IMG/VR virus record: IMGVR_UViG_3300020171_000018
Coordinates: 1-64,000 of that record
DNA: 64,000 nt
Direction: 5' to 3' (one strand)
DNA from: a virus
Below, piece after piece: positions 1 through 10,175 of the stretch. Made by a program: the position numbers and the translations under genes. Within the stretch, counting starts at the first letter, position 1; every line of letters begins with the position of its first letter. The notes under the pieces are model-generated. The model had not been told where the DNA came from. It did no database searches and was given only the letters and a program-made list of their open reading frames with translations.

Positions 1-126
1 CTGCTGGATGGCGTCAAGGCCATCTGCGTCGAGATGCAGCCCAATAGGTTTGGGGTGCGCGTCACGCTTGAGCAAACAGCGGGTGCCGTTAAGAACTACC
101 AGTGGCAGAGATTGGCGGAGGAATAG
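1..126 (+). CDS. 3' end of a small beta-rich virion-type protein, paralog of 33123..33635
   Basis: Frame 1 reads LLDGVKAICVEMQPNRFGVRVTLEQTAGAVKNYQWQRLAEE*, resembling TKPAKYGLKLTLQQMAGVNRTYTYQ at the C-terminus of 33123..33635. Confidence 0.6.
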   Translation: MLDGVKAICVEMQPNRFGVRVTLEQTAGAVKNYQWQRLAEE

Positions 127-134
127 GGTGCGCA

Positions 135-821
135 ATGACAATTAGCACCGACAAGATAGGCTACAATGCGGGGTGCCTGCTCCGGCTGCCGTTCACCGAG
201 TACACGGGTCTCGTTACCTATGATACGAGCAAGGCCCCGCACCGGATGACGTTGACGGGGCCTCCCACATGGCTGGCTATGGGCAGCGGGCAGCCCTACC
301 TGTCGTTTGACGGCGCAGGCGACCGCCTCTCTTGCCCGGCTGCTAGTAGCATAGACCTCAACTTCACCTTTGAGGACTGGACGATGCTGGCCTGGGTCTA
401 CAACGCAGGGGCAGGTGGCGCCCAGCTACTCCTTGACCAGGGCCGCGTTGACGTTGACGGCTGGCAGTGGTTCTTGTTTGGGACTAATATATCGCTCAGA
501 ACCAATCAGGCAGGCTCCCATGATGAGATAGCTGCCGTTAGTGGACTTATTCCTAATATTTGGCAGCTCATCGGCGTCACGCGGGACGGCATCGCGGGAC
601 AATTCTACCGCAACGGCGCAGCGATACCCACGCTTTTAAACGGCGGCCTGGCCAACCCCGTAAGCGTCGCGGGCGGCAGGTTGCTATATGTTGGCTGTCA
701 AGAGGCTCTGGCCAACTTCTATGTTGGCTTTATGGCCCGTCCGCGCATCTGGCCCCGTGCCCTGAGTGCTGTTGAGATGGCACAAATCTTCGCGGTCAAG
801 CGGTCCCGCTTTGGAGTATAG
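135..821 (+). CDS. LamG/concanavalin A-like domain protein
   Basis: LSFDG, WTMLAWV, WQLIGVTRDG, FYRNG and RIWPRALSAVE motifs; ATG 135 follows the upstream stop (track ORF starts at 102). Confidence 0.8.
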   Translation: MTISTDKIGYNAGCLLRLPFTEYTGLVTYDTSKAPHRMTLTGPPTWLAMGSGQPYLSFDGAGDRLSCPAASSIDLNFTFEDWTMLAWVYNAGAGGAQLLLDQGRVDVDGWQWFLFGTNISLRTNQAGSHDEIAAVSGLIPNIWQLIGVTRDGIAGQFYRNGAAIPTLLNGGLANPVSVAGGRLLYVGCQEALANFYVGFMARPRIWPRALSAVEMAQIFAVKRSRFGV

Positions 822-830
822 GAGCGCAGT

Positions 831-1931
831 ATGACAAGTGGAATTGATAGTGTCAATCGGCTGAAGCAGGTACGCCTCCTCCCCGATGGAGTGTACGTTG
901 ACTCCGACAACGGCGTTGCTGGCACCGCTTGGCCTATTGGAACACCAGGGCGTCCTGTAGACAACATGGCCGACGCGGTAACCATTATGCTTGCGCGCCG
1001 CCTAGTCAAAATATACGTGCATGACCGGAGCGGACTTCTGGCTCCAGATAACACGCCATTCGGTTTCATACCGCAGTACATAGGACGCGGCGGTCTAGGT
1101 GCTGGAGGTGCATGGGATGTAGATAGACTGGATTTTGCGCCTGCTAACAATCCTGGCTATCAAATGTACAAGGGTCTTTGGTTGACCGGACAAGCGGGTG
1201 GCACGGACCCCGTGTGGACAGAGGAATGCCATCTGTACAACGTTACTGGCAATCCAGAATTGCGCCTGATACGGTGCGTCTGTGGGGGCAATATCACGGT
1301 CGGAGCCCAAGGTTTTTGGGGCACCGACTGCGACTTCATAAACGCCATTCTATCAGCAACTGGAGCCCAGCCGCTCGACATCATACGCGCTTCGGGCATA
1401 CTCAACCTACGGGACATTGTAGGCGGCCTCAACGTGATCACTGGCGACGGGCTCGTACTGACCATAGAAGCATCTTGCACTGGGGGCACTATCAGCATCT
1501 ATGGCGATGTGACGGTAATAGACAACTCCAATGGTGCCCTTGTCCAAGATTACACGAACCAACAGCACCGCTATAGAACCTGGTTTAGCCTGAATCAGGG
1601 TGCTGCCAGCTATAACCTCTACACGACAAACCAGAGTGCTGTCCTGGAGGGGCTGATAATCAAATGCCCCAATGCTGCCGCTGGCGGCGCCCTTACGGCT
1701 ATATCAGTACAGACGGACGACTCCACTCCTCAGGTGCTCATATCGCAAGCCCAGGGAGCTGTCGCCAACCTGGCAGCAGAAGCGCAGTTAGCCTGGCAGG
1801 GCCTCTGCTGGTTGGACAAAACACGCAATCTGCAAGTGACCATTTATGGCGGAGCGACGGGCTTTGGATATACTCTGACTGTTGTGCTGCTTTGGAGAAG
1901 TGTCGGCGTGTTTAACAGTGTGGTGGCGTGA
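831..1931 (+). CDS. Putative virion fibre/adhesin with beta-helix-like region
   Basis: 366 aa; VYVDSDNG...GTPGRPVDNMADA beta-helix N-cap-like motif; G/T/V-rich. Confidence 0.55.
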   Translation: MTSGIDSVNRLKQVRLLPDGVYVDSDNGVAGTAWPIGTPGRPVDNMADAVTIMLARRLVKIYVHDRSGLLAPDNTPFGFIPQYIGRGGLGAGGAWDVDRLDFAPANNPGYQMYKGLWLTGQAGGTDPVWTEECHLYNVTGNPELRLIRCVCGGNITVGAQGFWGTDCDFINAILSATGAQPLDIIRASGILNLRDIVGGLNVITGDGLVLTIEASCTGGTISIYGDVTVIDNSNGALVQDYTNQQHRYRTWFSLNQGAASYNLYTTNQSAVLEGLIIKCPNAAAGGALTAISVQTDDSTPQVLISQAQGAVANLAAEAQLAWQGLCWLDKTRNLQVTIYGGATGFGYTLTVVLLWRSVGVFNSVVA

Positions 1932-2049
1932 CGACTCCCCCGGGTAGGAGTATTGCAGGTGGCGCCGCTGGTGTGGCCCGCGTCTGTGATGTGATAGTCC
2001 ACTGGCGCGGCACCGGCGTAGCCCATAAGTTCTTGGTGTAGGGGAGAAC

Positions 2050-2556
2050 ATGACTACACAGAAATCAGGACAGAGCGCATTAGGCACCAGGGATGATGCT
2101 GCGGTAACGGCAGTTGGAGTTGTGGCCTCCGCGCTGGCGTACCTCAAGGGGCTGCTGACCAGCCTGGACCTTGTCCAGCAGGCGGTAAACGGCCAACCCG
2201 TTCTGCTACAGTCCACCTTTACGGGCAACCTGTCTAATGCAGGCAGCGCCACCATCTGCGCCCTGGATGCACTTGGCGGAGCCATGCGGAACATCAGGGC
2301 AAAGGTGTTCATAAGCGGGGCTGTGGCTGGCGCTGGAATCACACCAGGCTGGTATGGGACTCGCTACGGCGACCTCGTGACCTTCACCCAGCAGACGGTT
2401 CCATCCTTGGGGGCGCAGCACGCTCCTGCTGCTGCCGTCGTGGAGGACTACGAGGTGGAGGACTTGCCAGAGGGGTTGCAGGGCGAGTTGCGGATAGCTT
2501 CCGCTGGCAACGATTCGGCCCTCACCTTCGAGGCCACGGTCACTTACGAAGGATAG
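2050..2556 (+). CDS. Hypothetical beta-rich structural protein
   Basis: 168-aa ORF with GGGGAG RBS. Confidence 0.55.
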   Translation: MTTQKSGQSALGTRDDAAVTAVGVVASALAYLKGLLTSLDLVQQAVNGQPVLLQSTFTGNLSNAGSATICALDALGGAMRNIRAKVFISGAVAGAGITPGWYGTRYGDLVTFTQQTVPSLGAQHAPAAAVVEDYEVEDLPEGLQGELRIASAGNDSALTFEATVTYEG

Positions 2557-2565
2557 GAGACGAAC

Positions 2566-2787
2566 ATGGTGAGCGCAAAGGTTCAGCCCTTACCTATCGA
2601 GATTCAGGCGCTGATAGACGCACAGCAGGCCGCCATCGCTCAGTGCGATGGTGAGCTGGCGAGCCTACAAAAGGCTGTGGATAACTGGCAAGCGCAGAAG
2701 CAGGCGGCGCTTAACGGAATCAAGGCGCTCAAGTTCAAGTACGGCAAGCCTGGCCTGACGGTATGGCCCCCAGAGGTAACGCTATGA
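2566..2787 (+). CDS. Small coiled-coil protein
   Basis: 73 aa, AGGAG RBS, heptad pattern, ATGA overlap with the next gene. Confidence 0.55.
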   Translation: MVSAKVQPLPIEIQALIDAQQAAIAQCDGELASLQKAVDNWQAQKQAALNGIKALKFKYGKPGLTVWPPEVTL

Positions 2788-4127
2788 AGACGCCCCTCCC
2801 AATCACGTTCAGAGAACGCTGGGAGTTCTCGGGGACTCGTGGCCTCTTCGTGCCGACGGGCTGTGGCGGCGGTCATCCATTGACCGCCACAGGGGCGCAG
2901 AAGGGCACCACAGCCGACGGCGTGCACTTCACAGGCGCTGCTACCAGCAACATCGTGGTCACTGCGGCTGCGGGCCAGAACGCCCAGCAAGCCTTCCACA
3001 TCACCATCAGGTTTAAGCTCGACCAGACGTTTGCGGCTGGAGCAGCGGCGGACTTCTACCTCTTCCAGAAGCTACTGGCTGCCGACGATTACCTGCGTGT
3101 CTATCTGGAGAATGCCGATGGCAAACTCTACTGGATACAAGGTAACGCGGCGGGTGGTGTTGAGTTTACACTTACCTCTACAACGGTATCCTGGACAGCG
3201 GGCACTTGGTACACCGTGACTGTGAGCCTTACGAACACACCCACACAAAGGCTATTGGTTAATGGGACGGTTGAGGATACGGACACGGTAGCCACTCCTG
3301 TAGCCACTCCCAACGGCGGCGACATGGTAATTGGTTCTTCCTCTGACGGTGGGACAGACGGCGTCGTAGGCACCATCTCCTGGGTGGTCATCGGCGTTGG
3401 CGCTACGGCGGCGACGGCCCTAACCGCAGCCGAGGAGAGTGACCTGAGTAAGGGCGCCCCGCCGCCTACAGCCAAGGTCCAGTATATGTACTTGATGGAC
3501 GAGGGTCGAGGCGTAACGGCCACAGACCGAGGCAGTGCTGGTGGCAACGGTACGCTGGACACGGCCTGCGCCTGGCAGTACGGACAGGTGCAGCAGCCAG
3601 TCCTGAGCCTGGATGGGATAAACGACCACGGCGACAGTTCCAGTGGAGTTGACATCGGTGGAGACATAACACTCGTGCTGGTGATAAAGGCCAAAACCAC
3701 GTTTGCCGCTGCCGTGGCGAATGGGTTTCTATTGCAACTACGCATTGACGGTAACAACTACCTCGTGCTTCTCAACACCCCCACGACAATAATCAAGTGG
3801 CGCGCTGTCGTGGGCGGGGGCGTAAGTGATATTGACTACATAACCTCCTCTGTGATAGACGATTACCTGATACTGGTTGGTACGGTAACAGTGGCTGGTG
3901 CTCAGGCTTTCTATGTCAACGGCGCGCTAGTGAACACAGCGGCTGGCGGCGGGGCTACTTCCCATGCCGCTGCGACTGCATACTTTGGTTCGGAAGCAGG
4001 CGCTGGAAACTTTGACATCAACAAGCCCATCTATTCTGCCCTGATTGAAGGCGCGCTCACTGCTGCCCAGGTCAAGGCGTACTCCCGCTGGCTGCGGGAC
4101 AGGTTCAACCTGCCAGTGAGCATCTAG
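2784..4127 (+). CDS. Tandem LamG-like domain protein (putative receptor-binding)
   Basis: Two LamG-like units (WTAGTWYTVTVS..LLVNG; LSLDGINDH..AFYVNGALV..ALTAAQV); ATG 2784 overlaps the previous stop. Confidence 0.75.
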   Translation: MKTPLPITFRERWEFSGTRGLFVPTGCGGGHPLTATGAQKGTTADGVHFTGAATSNIVVTAAAGQNAQQAFHITIRFKLDQTFAAGAAADFYLFQKLLAADDYLRVYLENADGKLYWIQGNAAGGVEFTLTSTTVSWTAGTWYTVTVSLTNTPTQRLLVNGTVEDTDTVATPVATPNGGDMVIGSSSDGGTDGVVGTISWVVIGVGATAATALTAAEESDLSKGAPPPTAKVQYMYLMDEGRGVTATDRGSAGGNGTLDTACAWQYGQVQQPVLSLDGINDHGDSSSGVDIGGDITLVLVIKAKTTFAAAVANGFLLQLRIDGNNYLVLLNTPTTIIKWRAVVGGGVSDIDYITSSVIDDYLILVGTVTVAGAQAFYVNGALVNTAAGGGATSHAAATAYFGSEAGAGNFDINKPIYSALIEGALTAAQVKAYSRWLRDRFNLPVSI

Positions 4128-4136
4128 GAGACCGAC

Positions 4137-4664
4137 ATGGGCAGTAGAGGAAGTACAACGATGAAGCCCAGCGGCGCGCGGTTCTTGGCCAAAGTCATCC
4201 CTATGATGGTGATGCTCGTGGTGCTCGCCATCCTGGCCGTGCCGTTCCACGAAGCGGCCCACCAGCTTGTTGGCAACACGCTGTCCGGCACGCAAGGCTA
4301 CGTCATCTTCACCTGGGCCGGCGGCATGTACTACCAGTACCCCGGCACGCCATTGCAGGATTTCCTCACCCGAATTGCTGGTGGTCTGTTCCAAGCCCTC
4401 CTATTTGGCATCCTGTGGGCTTTGTCAGCATGGCAGGCCAGATACTCCAAGTGGGAGCTCGACACCTGCGCCATCTTTGGGATGCTCACCGTGGGCTACT
4501 TCGTCTACGCCTGGTTCGACGGGCTGGGCGTCTGGATAGACTACGGCGCCCTAATCGGCATAGTAGCAGCAATCACCGTCTGCGGAGTTCTGTACGGGAG
4601 GAAGCTCCTGTCCTGGATATTCGAGCTAAATGGCCTGACGGCCAACAAATCAGACATCACATAG
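4137..4664 (+). CDS. Membrane protein with HExxH motif (M50/site-2 peptidase-like)
   Basis: About four TM segments; PFHEAAH in the first TM region, then RIAGG. Confidence 0.55.
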   Translation: MGSRGSTTMKPSGARFLAKVIPMMVMLVVLAILAVPFHEAAHQLVGNTLSGTQGYVIFTWAGGMYYQYPGTPLQDFLTRIAGGLFQALLFGILWALSAWQARYSKWELDTCAIFGMLTVGYFVYAWFDGLGVWIDYGALIGIVAAITVCGVLYGRKLLSWIFELNGLTANKSDIT

Positions 4665-4674
4665 AGGTGTAGCC

Positions 4675-5001
4675 ATGACAGTTTATTACGGAGACATAAA
4701 TGCCGACGGTGTGGTGGACATGGGCGATGCTCTCTTGGCCGAGGGGTTTGCCTTGGGGATCCAGACTCCAACGGCTGACCAGAAAAGGCGTGCCGATGTG
4801 AACGGGGACGGTCAGGTGACTGGAGCCGACGTCCAGCTCATCCAGCAATACATCATGGGGATGATAACTCAGTTCCCGGTGGAGCTGATACAGCCTCCCC
4901 CCGGCACATCATGGTCTCCACTAATCATCTTGGGGGGTCTGACTCTAGCTATGGTAGCGCTGTCACGGGGGTCTCGTAAACCACAAAAGAGCCGCCATTA
5001 G
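4675..5001 (+). CDS. Dockerin type I domain protein with C-terminal membrane anchor
   Basis: GDINADGVVDMGD and ADVNGDGQVTGAD paired Ca-binding loops; hydrophobic tail followed by basic residues. Confidence 0.8.
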   Translation: MTVYYGDINADGVVDMGDALLAEGFALGIQTPTADQKRRADVNGDGQVTGADVQLIQQYIMGMITQFPVELIQPPPGTSWSPLIILGGLTLAMVALSRGSRKPQKSRH

Positions 5002-5084
5002 GTCACCGCTGAAAAACCTGTGAAAGACCTAAAAGACCTTGATACTTGCGACACTGTAGTACACTGTAGTGTAGCGAGAGGAGG

Positions 5085-7985
5085 ATGACCATGACAACGA
5101 CACAGGCTCCACTGGGGTACATGAGTCCGGGTGCCTGGCATAACAAATGGCGCTCCCAGCAACTGGGCAGGAGCATCATTGTCGGCAAGACGTTTGGGAA
5201 GTTCTCCACTATGCAAGCGGGCATCACCAACGCCGTGGCTATGGGCGCTGTGTCCGCCGCCACCAGAACAACTGTGTTTGTTGGGCCTGGCATCTACGTG
5301 GAGGCCCCCACTATGGCCCCCTTCGTGGACGTGGTGAGCTTGTATGGGCCTGAGCAGACAGTCATTCGGCAAGCCAACGCCACTATAGCCACCCTTGCCT
5401 CTAACTCCAAGCTCCGTGGGTTCACGCTCGACCTCAACCTCCCAACTGCAGCTCGAAACATGATAGTGGACGGTGGAGTTGCAGTGACCGCTTGTGTGCT
5501 AGAAGACTGCATAATCTCCATCACGACGCCAGGCGGGTTCGCCAGCAGAGTGGTGCTTCTGTCCGCTGCGTCCAACATGACCCTGCTGAGGTGCAGGGGA
5601 ACCATCACCGATGGAGCCAACCCAGGAATACAGATACTTCGCAATGACACGGCGGGCGCCACTCTGCTGGTGGAGCAGTGCGACTTTACCCTGAATGACA
5701 CAGCGGGGTTTGTGGTGTTCTCCAACGTGGCCGGGACGTGGACGCTCAGGGGCAACGCGCTCTCTGGAACGGCAGGGGGCTATTCCGTCTCTTTGGGAAC
5801 CGTGCGGGGCTTTGGAAACAACATCACCACTACTGCGGCCCATGCTGTAACGGGTGGAAGCGTTACTGAGAAGAGCGGACGCCAGCGGTACGACGTGTAC
5901 GTTGGTATGCTCATCCAGCACGCCATAACCGCTGCTACCGCTGATACCCCGGCCCCCGCTGCGGCTGCCCCCTACGATGTGTTCATCAACTCAGGAGTGT
6001 ACGTTGAGGCGATAACCGGAAGCGCCTTCGTGAGCCTGCGAGCTGTGCAGATAGGCGCCGTGACCATCAGGCAGGCCGACGCTACTGTGCTTACCCTTGG
6101 AGCGTCTAACTACTGGGTGGAGGGCATCGTATTCGACCTGAATGCCCCCATTGCAGCTAGAAACATGGTAGTAGAGGGCGGCGTTCCGACGGCCCGAACG
6201 GGCATAGTCTTTACGAGGTGCCGGTTCACTATCACGACCCCGGGCGGCTTTACCCATAGAGTGTTCCTGATTCAAGCGGCCTCTGACATAGGGCTGCACA
6301 ACGTCCACTGCTCCATCACGGACGGGGCCAACCCGGCTATCCACATGATTCGCAACGATGCAGTAGGAGCCACATTCCACCTGTTGGAGTGCTGGCTGGA
6401 CCTGAACACCACTGCTGGGTTCATTATCTTCTCGAACGTAGCCGGTACATGGACGCTGCGACAAAACTCCCTGTCCGGCTCGGCGGGCGGCTACTCTGTA
6501 AGCGCCGGGAACCTCCGGGGTTACAACAACGTCATCACCACCACTGCTGCACACGCGGTCACGGGCGGCTCCGTGATAGAAAAGAGCGGCAAGCAGCAGT
6601 ACGAGGTTTACGCAGGCATGGTGATTGCCCACGCCATCGCCGCCGCCGCCGCGGATGTTCCCGCTCCTGCGGTTGGGGCACCCTACATAGTGCAGATACA
6701 CCCGGGCGTGTATGCGGAGTCCAACCTGGCCCTAGCTGCCTCCGTGCACCTTGTGGGCCTGAACGCGGATAGCTGCCGAATCATAGCTGCCGACGCTGCC
6801 AACCCGATAGTGGCCTGCGCCGTTAGCGGCACCATTGCTAACCTCACCATTGGCAACACCAACGCTGGCGCGCCCGCTGTTCGAGTAACCGGGGGTGCCC
6901 TGACAATGCGGCGCTGCGTCCTCTACGGCACGGGCGGGGGGGACTGCATAGCCATGACCGCTGGTCTCATGGACATCTACGACACCACCGTGGGCGTAGG
7001 GGACATAGACCTCTCCACTGCCCCTTGCATCCTTCAGATGTTCAGGTGCAGGTTGACCTCTGACCCCATTGACACGGCTGGCGCGTTCGCCCACAACCTC
7101 CACCTTGAGAACTGCGATTTTGGCGGGCAGAGTCTGGTGAGCGCGGCTACGGGCGCCACGACCTTGGATATGTTCAACTGCACCTACATAGCTGTCATAT
7201 CCAATGCGGGCACGGGGGTCTTTGTCATTCGGGAGTCTGACGTGGCAACCGTCACGGCCACCGTGGGCGTCATAAGGCTGAGGGGCACCCAGTACAGGAG
7301 CGCAATCAGGACCGGGGCAGGCGTTGTCATTGACGAGTCCCTTGGCCCTGCTGCTGCTGCCCTGAGAGTAGTCCACCGTCTGTGGGAGCTGGCGATCATA
7401 GCCAACCAGAACATCGCTACCAGACTGGCAATCGGTGGCGCGGTCCTTTCAGGGGGTACAGGACAGACCAGACTGCGTATAAACGACAACGCTGCGGATG
7501 CCGCTGGAACTGAGCAGGCTGCAGACGCTGCGGGTTCTTTGGCCTCCACTTGGACTCCAGCGAGGGGCATCAGGTACGTCATGCCAGTCAGCGTTGCGAA
7601 CTTCAGGGCCACCACCTCCATGTTCTTCGGAGTGCGAGGGGTCTTGGGAGTTGCGGTTCCTGCCGCTGCTGAGCACCATGCAGGGTTCATCTGGACAGGG
7701 GCGGCCTTCAACGCCAGCTCCAGCAACGGTGGCGGCGTAGGACAAGTGAGTGCTCTAGCTACTCCCAGCACGGGGGTGCATCACATCCTTGAGGTCATAG
7801 TGGTGGGTGCTGTGCAGGTTGAGTTCTATGTGGACGGGGCACTGGTTGCCACCCATGCCACGGCTGCTGGCGTACCCACCGCCGCCCAATACTTCCAGGA
7901 GTACGAGATAAGCACGGGCGCAGGTGGGGCCACCACTTCTGACATCACCCTGCGCGAGGGGTTCTTGCAGGAATGCACAGCCTAA
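5085..7985 (+). CDS. Large right-handed beta-helix (pectin lyase-like) fibre/spike protein with internal repeats
   Basis: 966 aa; GAGGAGG RBS; three VxPG.Y.E-type caps; two near-duplicate ~235-aa units; C-terminal VEFYVDG beta-sandwich. Confidence 0.75.
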   Translation: MTMTTTQAPLGYMSPGAWHNKWRSQQLGRSIIVGKTFGKFSTMQAGITNAVAMGAVSAATRTTVFVGPGIYVEAPTMAPFVDVVSLYGPEQTVIRQANATIATLASNSKLRGFTLDLNLPTAARNMIVDGGVAVTACVLEDCIISITTPGGFASRVVLLSAASNMTLLRCRGTITDGANPGIQILRNDTAGATLLVEQCDFTLNDTAGFVVFSNVAGTWTLRGNALSGTAGGYSVSLGTVRGFGNNITTTAAHAVTGGSVTEKSGRQRYDVYVGMLIQHAITAATADTPAPAAAAPYDVFINSGVYVEAITGSAFVSLRAVQIGAVTIRQADATVLTLGASNYWVEGIVFDLNAPIAARNMVVEGGVPTARTGIVFTRCRFTITTPGGFTHRVFLIQAASDIGLHNVHCSITDGANPAIHMIRNDAVGATFHLLECWLDLNTTAGFIIFSNVAGTWTLRQNSLSGSAGGYSVSAGNLRGYNNVITTTAAHAVTGGSVIEKSGKQQYEVYAGMVIAHAIAAAAADVPAPAVGAPYIVQIHPGVYAESNLALAASVHLVGLNADSCRIIAADAANPIVACAVSGTIANLTIGNTNAGAPAVRVTGGALTMRRCVLYGTGGGDCIAMTAGLMDIYDTTVGVGDIDLSTAPCILQMFRCRLTSDPIDTAGAFAHNLHLENCDFGGQSLVSAATGATTLDMFNCTYIAVISNAGTGVFVIRESDVATVTATVGVIRLRGTQYRSAIRTGAGVVIDESLGPAAAALRVVHRLWELAIIANQNIATRLAIGGAVLSGGTGQTRLRINDNAADAAGTEQAADAAGSLASTWTPARGIRYVMPVSVANFRATTSMFFGVRGVLGVAVPAAAEHHAGFIWTGAAFNASSSNGGGVGQVSALATPSTGVHHILEVIVVGAVQVEFYVDGALVATHATAAGVPTAAQYFQEYEISTGAGGATTSDITLREGFLQECTA

Positions 7986-8040
7986 ATGCACAGCCTAGCT
8001 AATCTCCAAGCCGTACAATAGGATTCAGAAAGGGGGCCAC

Positions 8041-8205
8041 ATGGCCAAGAAGAGGGGTCAATCCAAGCGCAAGGGGGCAGGTCTGCTCCTGGCAGGGGCG
8101 GCAGTGCTGGGCCTCGTTGCTCTCGCAAGCCAGAAACCAACTCCCCCTCCACCGCCTCCGCCGCCACCTGGGGGAGGGCTGGACTTCAACATAACGATTG
8201 TCTGA
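8041..8205 (+). CDS. 54-aa membrane protein with poly-Pro tract (below the ORF-track cutoff)
   Basis: MAKKRGQSKRKGAGLLLAGAAVLGLVALASQKPTPPPPPPPPPGGGLDFNITIV*, preceded by AAGGGGG. Confidence 0.65.
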   Translation: MAKKRGQSKRKGAGLLLAGAAVLGLVALASQKPTPPPPPPPPPGGGLDFNITIV

Positions 8206-8255
8206 GGGTGAGAGGGTGAGGAAGCAGTGAGGCCGCACGCGGAGAAGGGGGCAGC

Positions 8256-9179
8256 ATGTATTATGGCGACGTAAATGGTGACAATTCCATTGACATGGGC
8301 GACGTGCTCAAGGCTCAGGCCATCGCCGACTTCAACGCGCTCTATCCGCCAGTAGCAGCCGGCACCAAACGCTGGACTGTCACGTATCTCGCAGGCTACG
8401 GTATGTGGGTACGCGCTGACAGCCAGGATATGTCAGGCTGGAAGTACATAGTCCAGTACGACGAGCAACCCGGCATATGGCACGGCCCGCTCACCGAGCA
8501 GGAAGTGCTTGACCAGTGTGGCATGACGGTGGATGTGCTGACACGGGCTGACGTTGACGGTGATGGCGTTGTCACGCAGGCCGACGCGGGCTTGATTCAG
8601 CAGTACATCATGGGGATGATAACCCAGTTCCCGGTCGAGGTAGTACCAATAGAACCACCAGCAGAAACAGAATTGGTAGTAGGAGGAAGTATGCCAACCA
8701 GAACAATCACCGCACAAGGGGTCATACAAAACGCATCGTTGGTCTCCATCACCTGCGCTCTGCGCCTAGAGGTGCAGACGTACAATGTCGCCAGCGGGGG
8801 TACTCCGCTTGCCGGGGGTGGGAGCGTACAATCCAAGACGGGCCTTGTCCTAGCAAAAGCGCCCGAGGGGATATACGTCGTTGGGGCGCCTGCGGGCTAT
8901 ACTCCCAACCCAGCCCAGCCAGCCTTCTCGTACTCAGTGAATGTGCCCGAGGGTGGACGGGTAGAGGCACGGATAATACTCGACATCGTGTCCTGGGAGG
9001 GCAAGACAGCGGGGGAGTCCGCGAAGTTCGACTTCGCCGTCACGCCCTGGGTGGTCAGGCTGGAGTCCGTGATCTCAGCCGGATTGGTGAGCTGGGGCAC
9101 GGTCATAGCCGGACGAGGAGGGCGTGGGGTAGGGAGTAGAGCAGGGGGCAGGATGGGGATGCTCTCAGGGCAGAGCTAG
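8256..9179 (+). CDS. Dockerin-domain protein with an insertion between the two Ca-binding repeats
   Basis: GDVNGDNSIDMGD ... ADVDGDGVVTQAD..LIQQYIMGMITQFPVE. Confidence 0.75.
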   Translation: MYYGDVNGDNSIDMGDVLKAQAIADFNALYPPVAAGTKRWTVTYLAGYGMWVRADSQDMSGWKYIVQYDEQPGIWHGPLTEQEVLDQCGMTVDVLTRADVDGDGVVTQADAGLIQQYIMGMITQFPVEVVPIEPPAETELVVGGSMPTRTITAQGVIQNASLVSITCALRLEVQTYNVASGGTPLAGGGSVQSKTGLVLAKAPEGIYVVGAPAGYTPNPAQPAFSYSVNVPEGGRVEARIILDIVSWEGKTAGESAKFDFAVTPWVVRLESVISAGLVSWGTVIAGRGGRGVGSRAGGRMGMLSGQS

Positions 9180-9284
9180 ACCCGGACTCCCCCGACTCTT
9201 GCCCCGGACTCCTAGGACTCCCAGCGAACTCTTAATCGAGCCCTTGGGAGCTAACGTCTTCTGCTAGGATCCCATTAGGAGGTT

Positions 9285-9659
9285 GTGCGTATGGATACCG
9301 GACAGGCTTTGCAACAGTTCCTAACAGGGAACCAGACCTTGGCGTTCTGGGCGCTGGTAGGGGTCAACCTTGTGCTGGGCGTCATCGTGGCCCTGAAGGA
9401 CAAGAAGTTCACGGTGGCCGAGCTGGGGGACATCTGCAAGAAGGTGCTCCCTTACTTCGGGGCGTACCTAGGGGCGGGACTGACGGGTACACTGCTACAG
9501 GACTGGTACGGCCAGACCCTCCAATGGGGCGGCGTGGTAGTTGGGTCCAGCGTGTTCGCGGTGGGGCTGGTGAAGAACATCGAGGCGCTGACTGGGGTGA
9601 AAGTGACCAAGCTGTTTGGGGGGTGGCTGGCACCGACTCCTACACCGCCCGCTGAGTAG
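9285..9659 (+). CDS. Holin-like membrane protein
   Basis: 124 aa, about three TM helices, LGVIVALKDKKF..ELGD..KK pattern; last gene of the rightward structural block. Confidence 0.6.
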   Translation: MRMDTGQALQQFLTGNQTLAFWALVGVNLVLGVIVALKDKKFTVAELGDICKKVLPYFGAYLGAGLTGTLLQDWYGQTLQWGGVVVGSSVFAVGLVKNIEALTGVKVTKLFGGWLAPTPTPPAE

Positions 9660-9786
9660 GTGACAACTCCCCAGAGCGTGCCGTTTCCAGCTATAGGAAA
9701 CCAGCGCTGGGGCGTCCTGGGGCCAAGAGTGCCCATAGGACACATCCAAGTGCCCCAGCGCCCCCAACGGCCTACTCCGTATCAAG

Positions 9787-10158
9787 TTACTCTGTGTCAG
9801 GCACATGCTCGAACAGGGCGAACTGTCCCTCCACCACTACCTCCCTGGTTGCCCCGAACCTCTCCACTAAGGAGTCAAACAACTCCTTAGCCTGTACATC
9901 CAAGGTTCGATGGGGGCCAGCCAAGACACTAGCGCACCTAGCCACCCACTGGGCTACGGTGCTGTTCAGGGTGTTGACCAGGGTGACGAACTCCTGAGTG
10001 TTGGGCTGGTAGGCGCTGGACACCCTGGCCCAGAGTGGGACTGAGACGGCACTCCGGTTAGAGCCTTGGCTTCCATCTGAGCTGAGAACACTGGACTGCT
10101 TCTTTGGAGGCATGATGACCATGTGACCATAGGGAACGCGGACCCAGATGATGTCCAT
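9787..10158 (-). CDS. Hypothetical protein
   Basis: 123 aa with AAGGAGG RBS. Confidence 0.5.
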   Translation of the reverse strand: MDIIWVRVPYGHMVIMPPKKQSSVLSSDGSQGSNRSAVSVPLWARVSSAYQPNTQEFVTLVNTLNSTVAQWVARCASVLAGPHRTLDVQAKELFDSLVERFGATREVVVEGQFALFEHVPDTE

Positions 10159-10175
10159 TGAGCTGACTACCTCCT

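Noticed and set aside
5051-5070. ACACTGTAGT x2 as an operator or promoter
   Set aside because: The direct repeat is real, but -35/-10 spacing is poor and I saw no second copy elsewhere
9181-9232. GACTC repeat cluster as iterons or an origin
   Set aside because: Only four short, irregular copies and no adjacent AT-rich region
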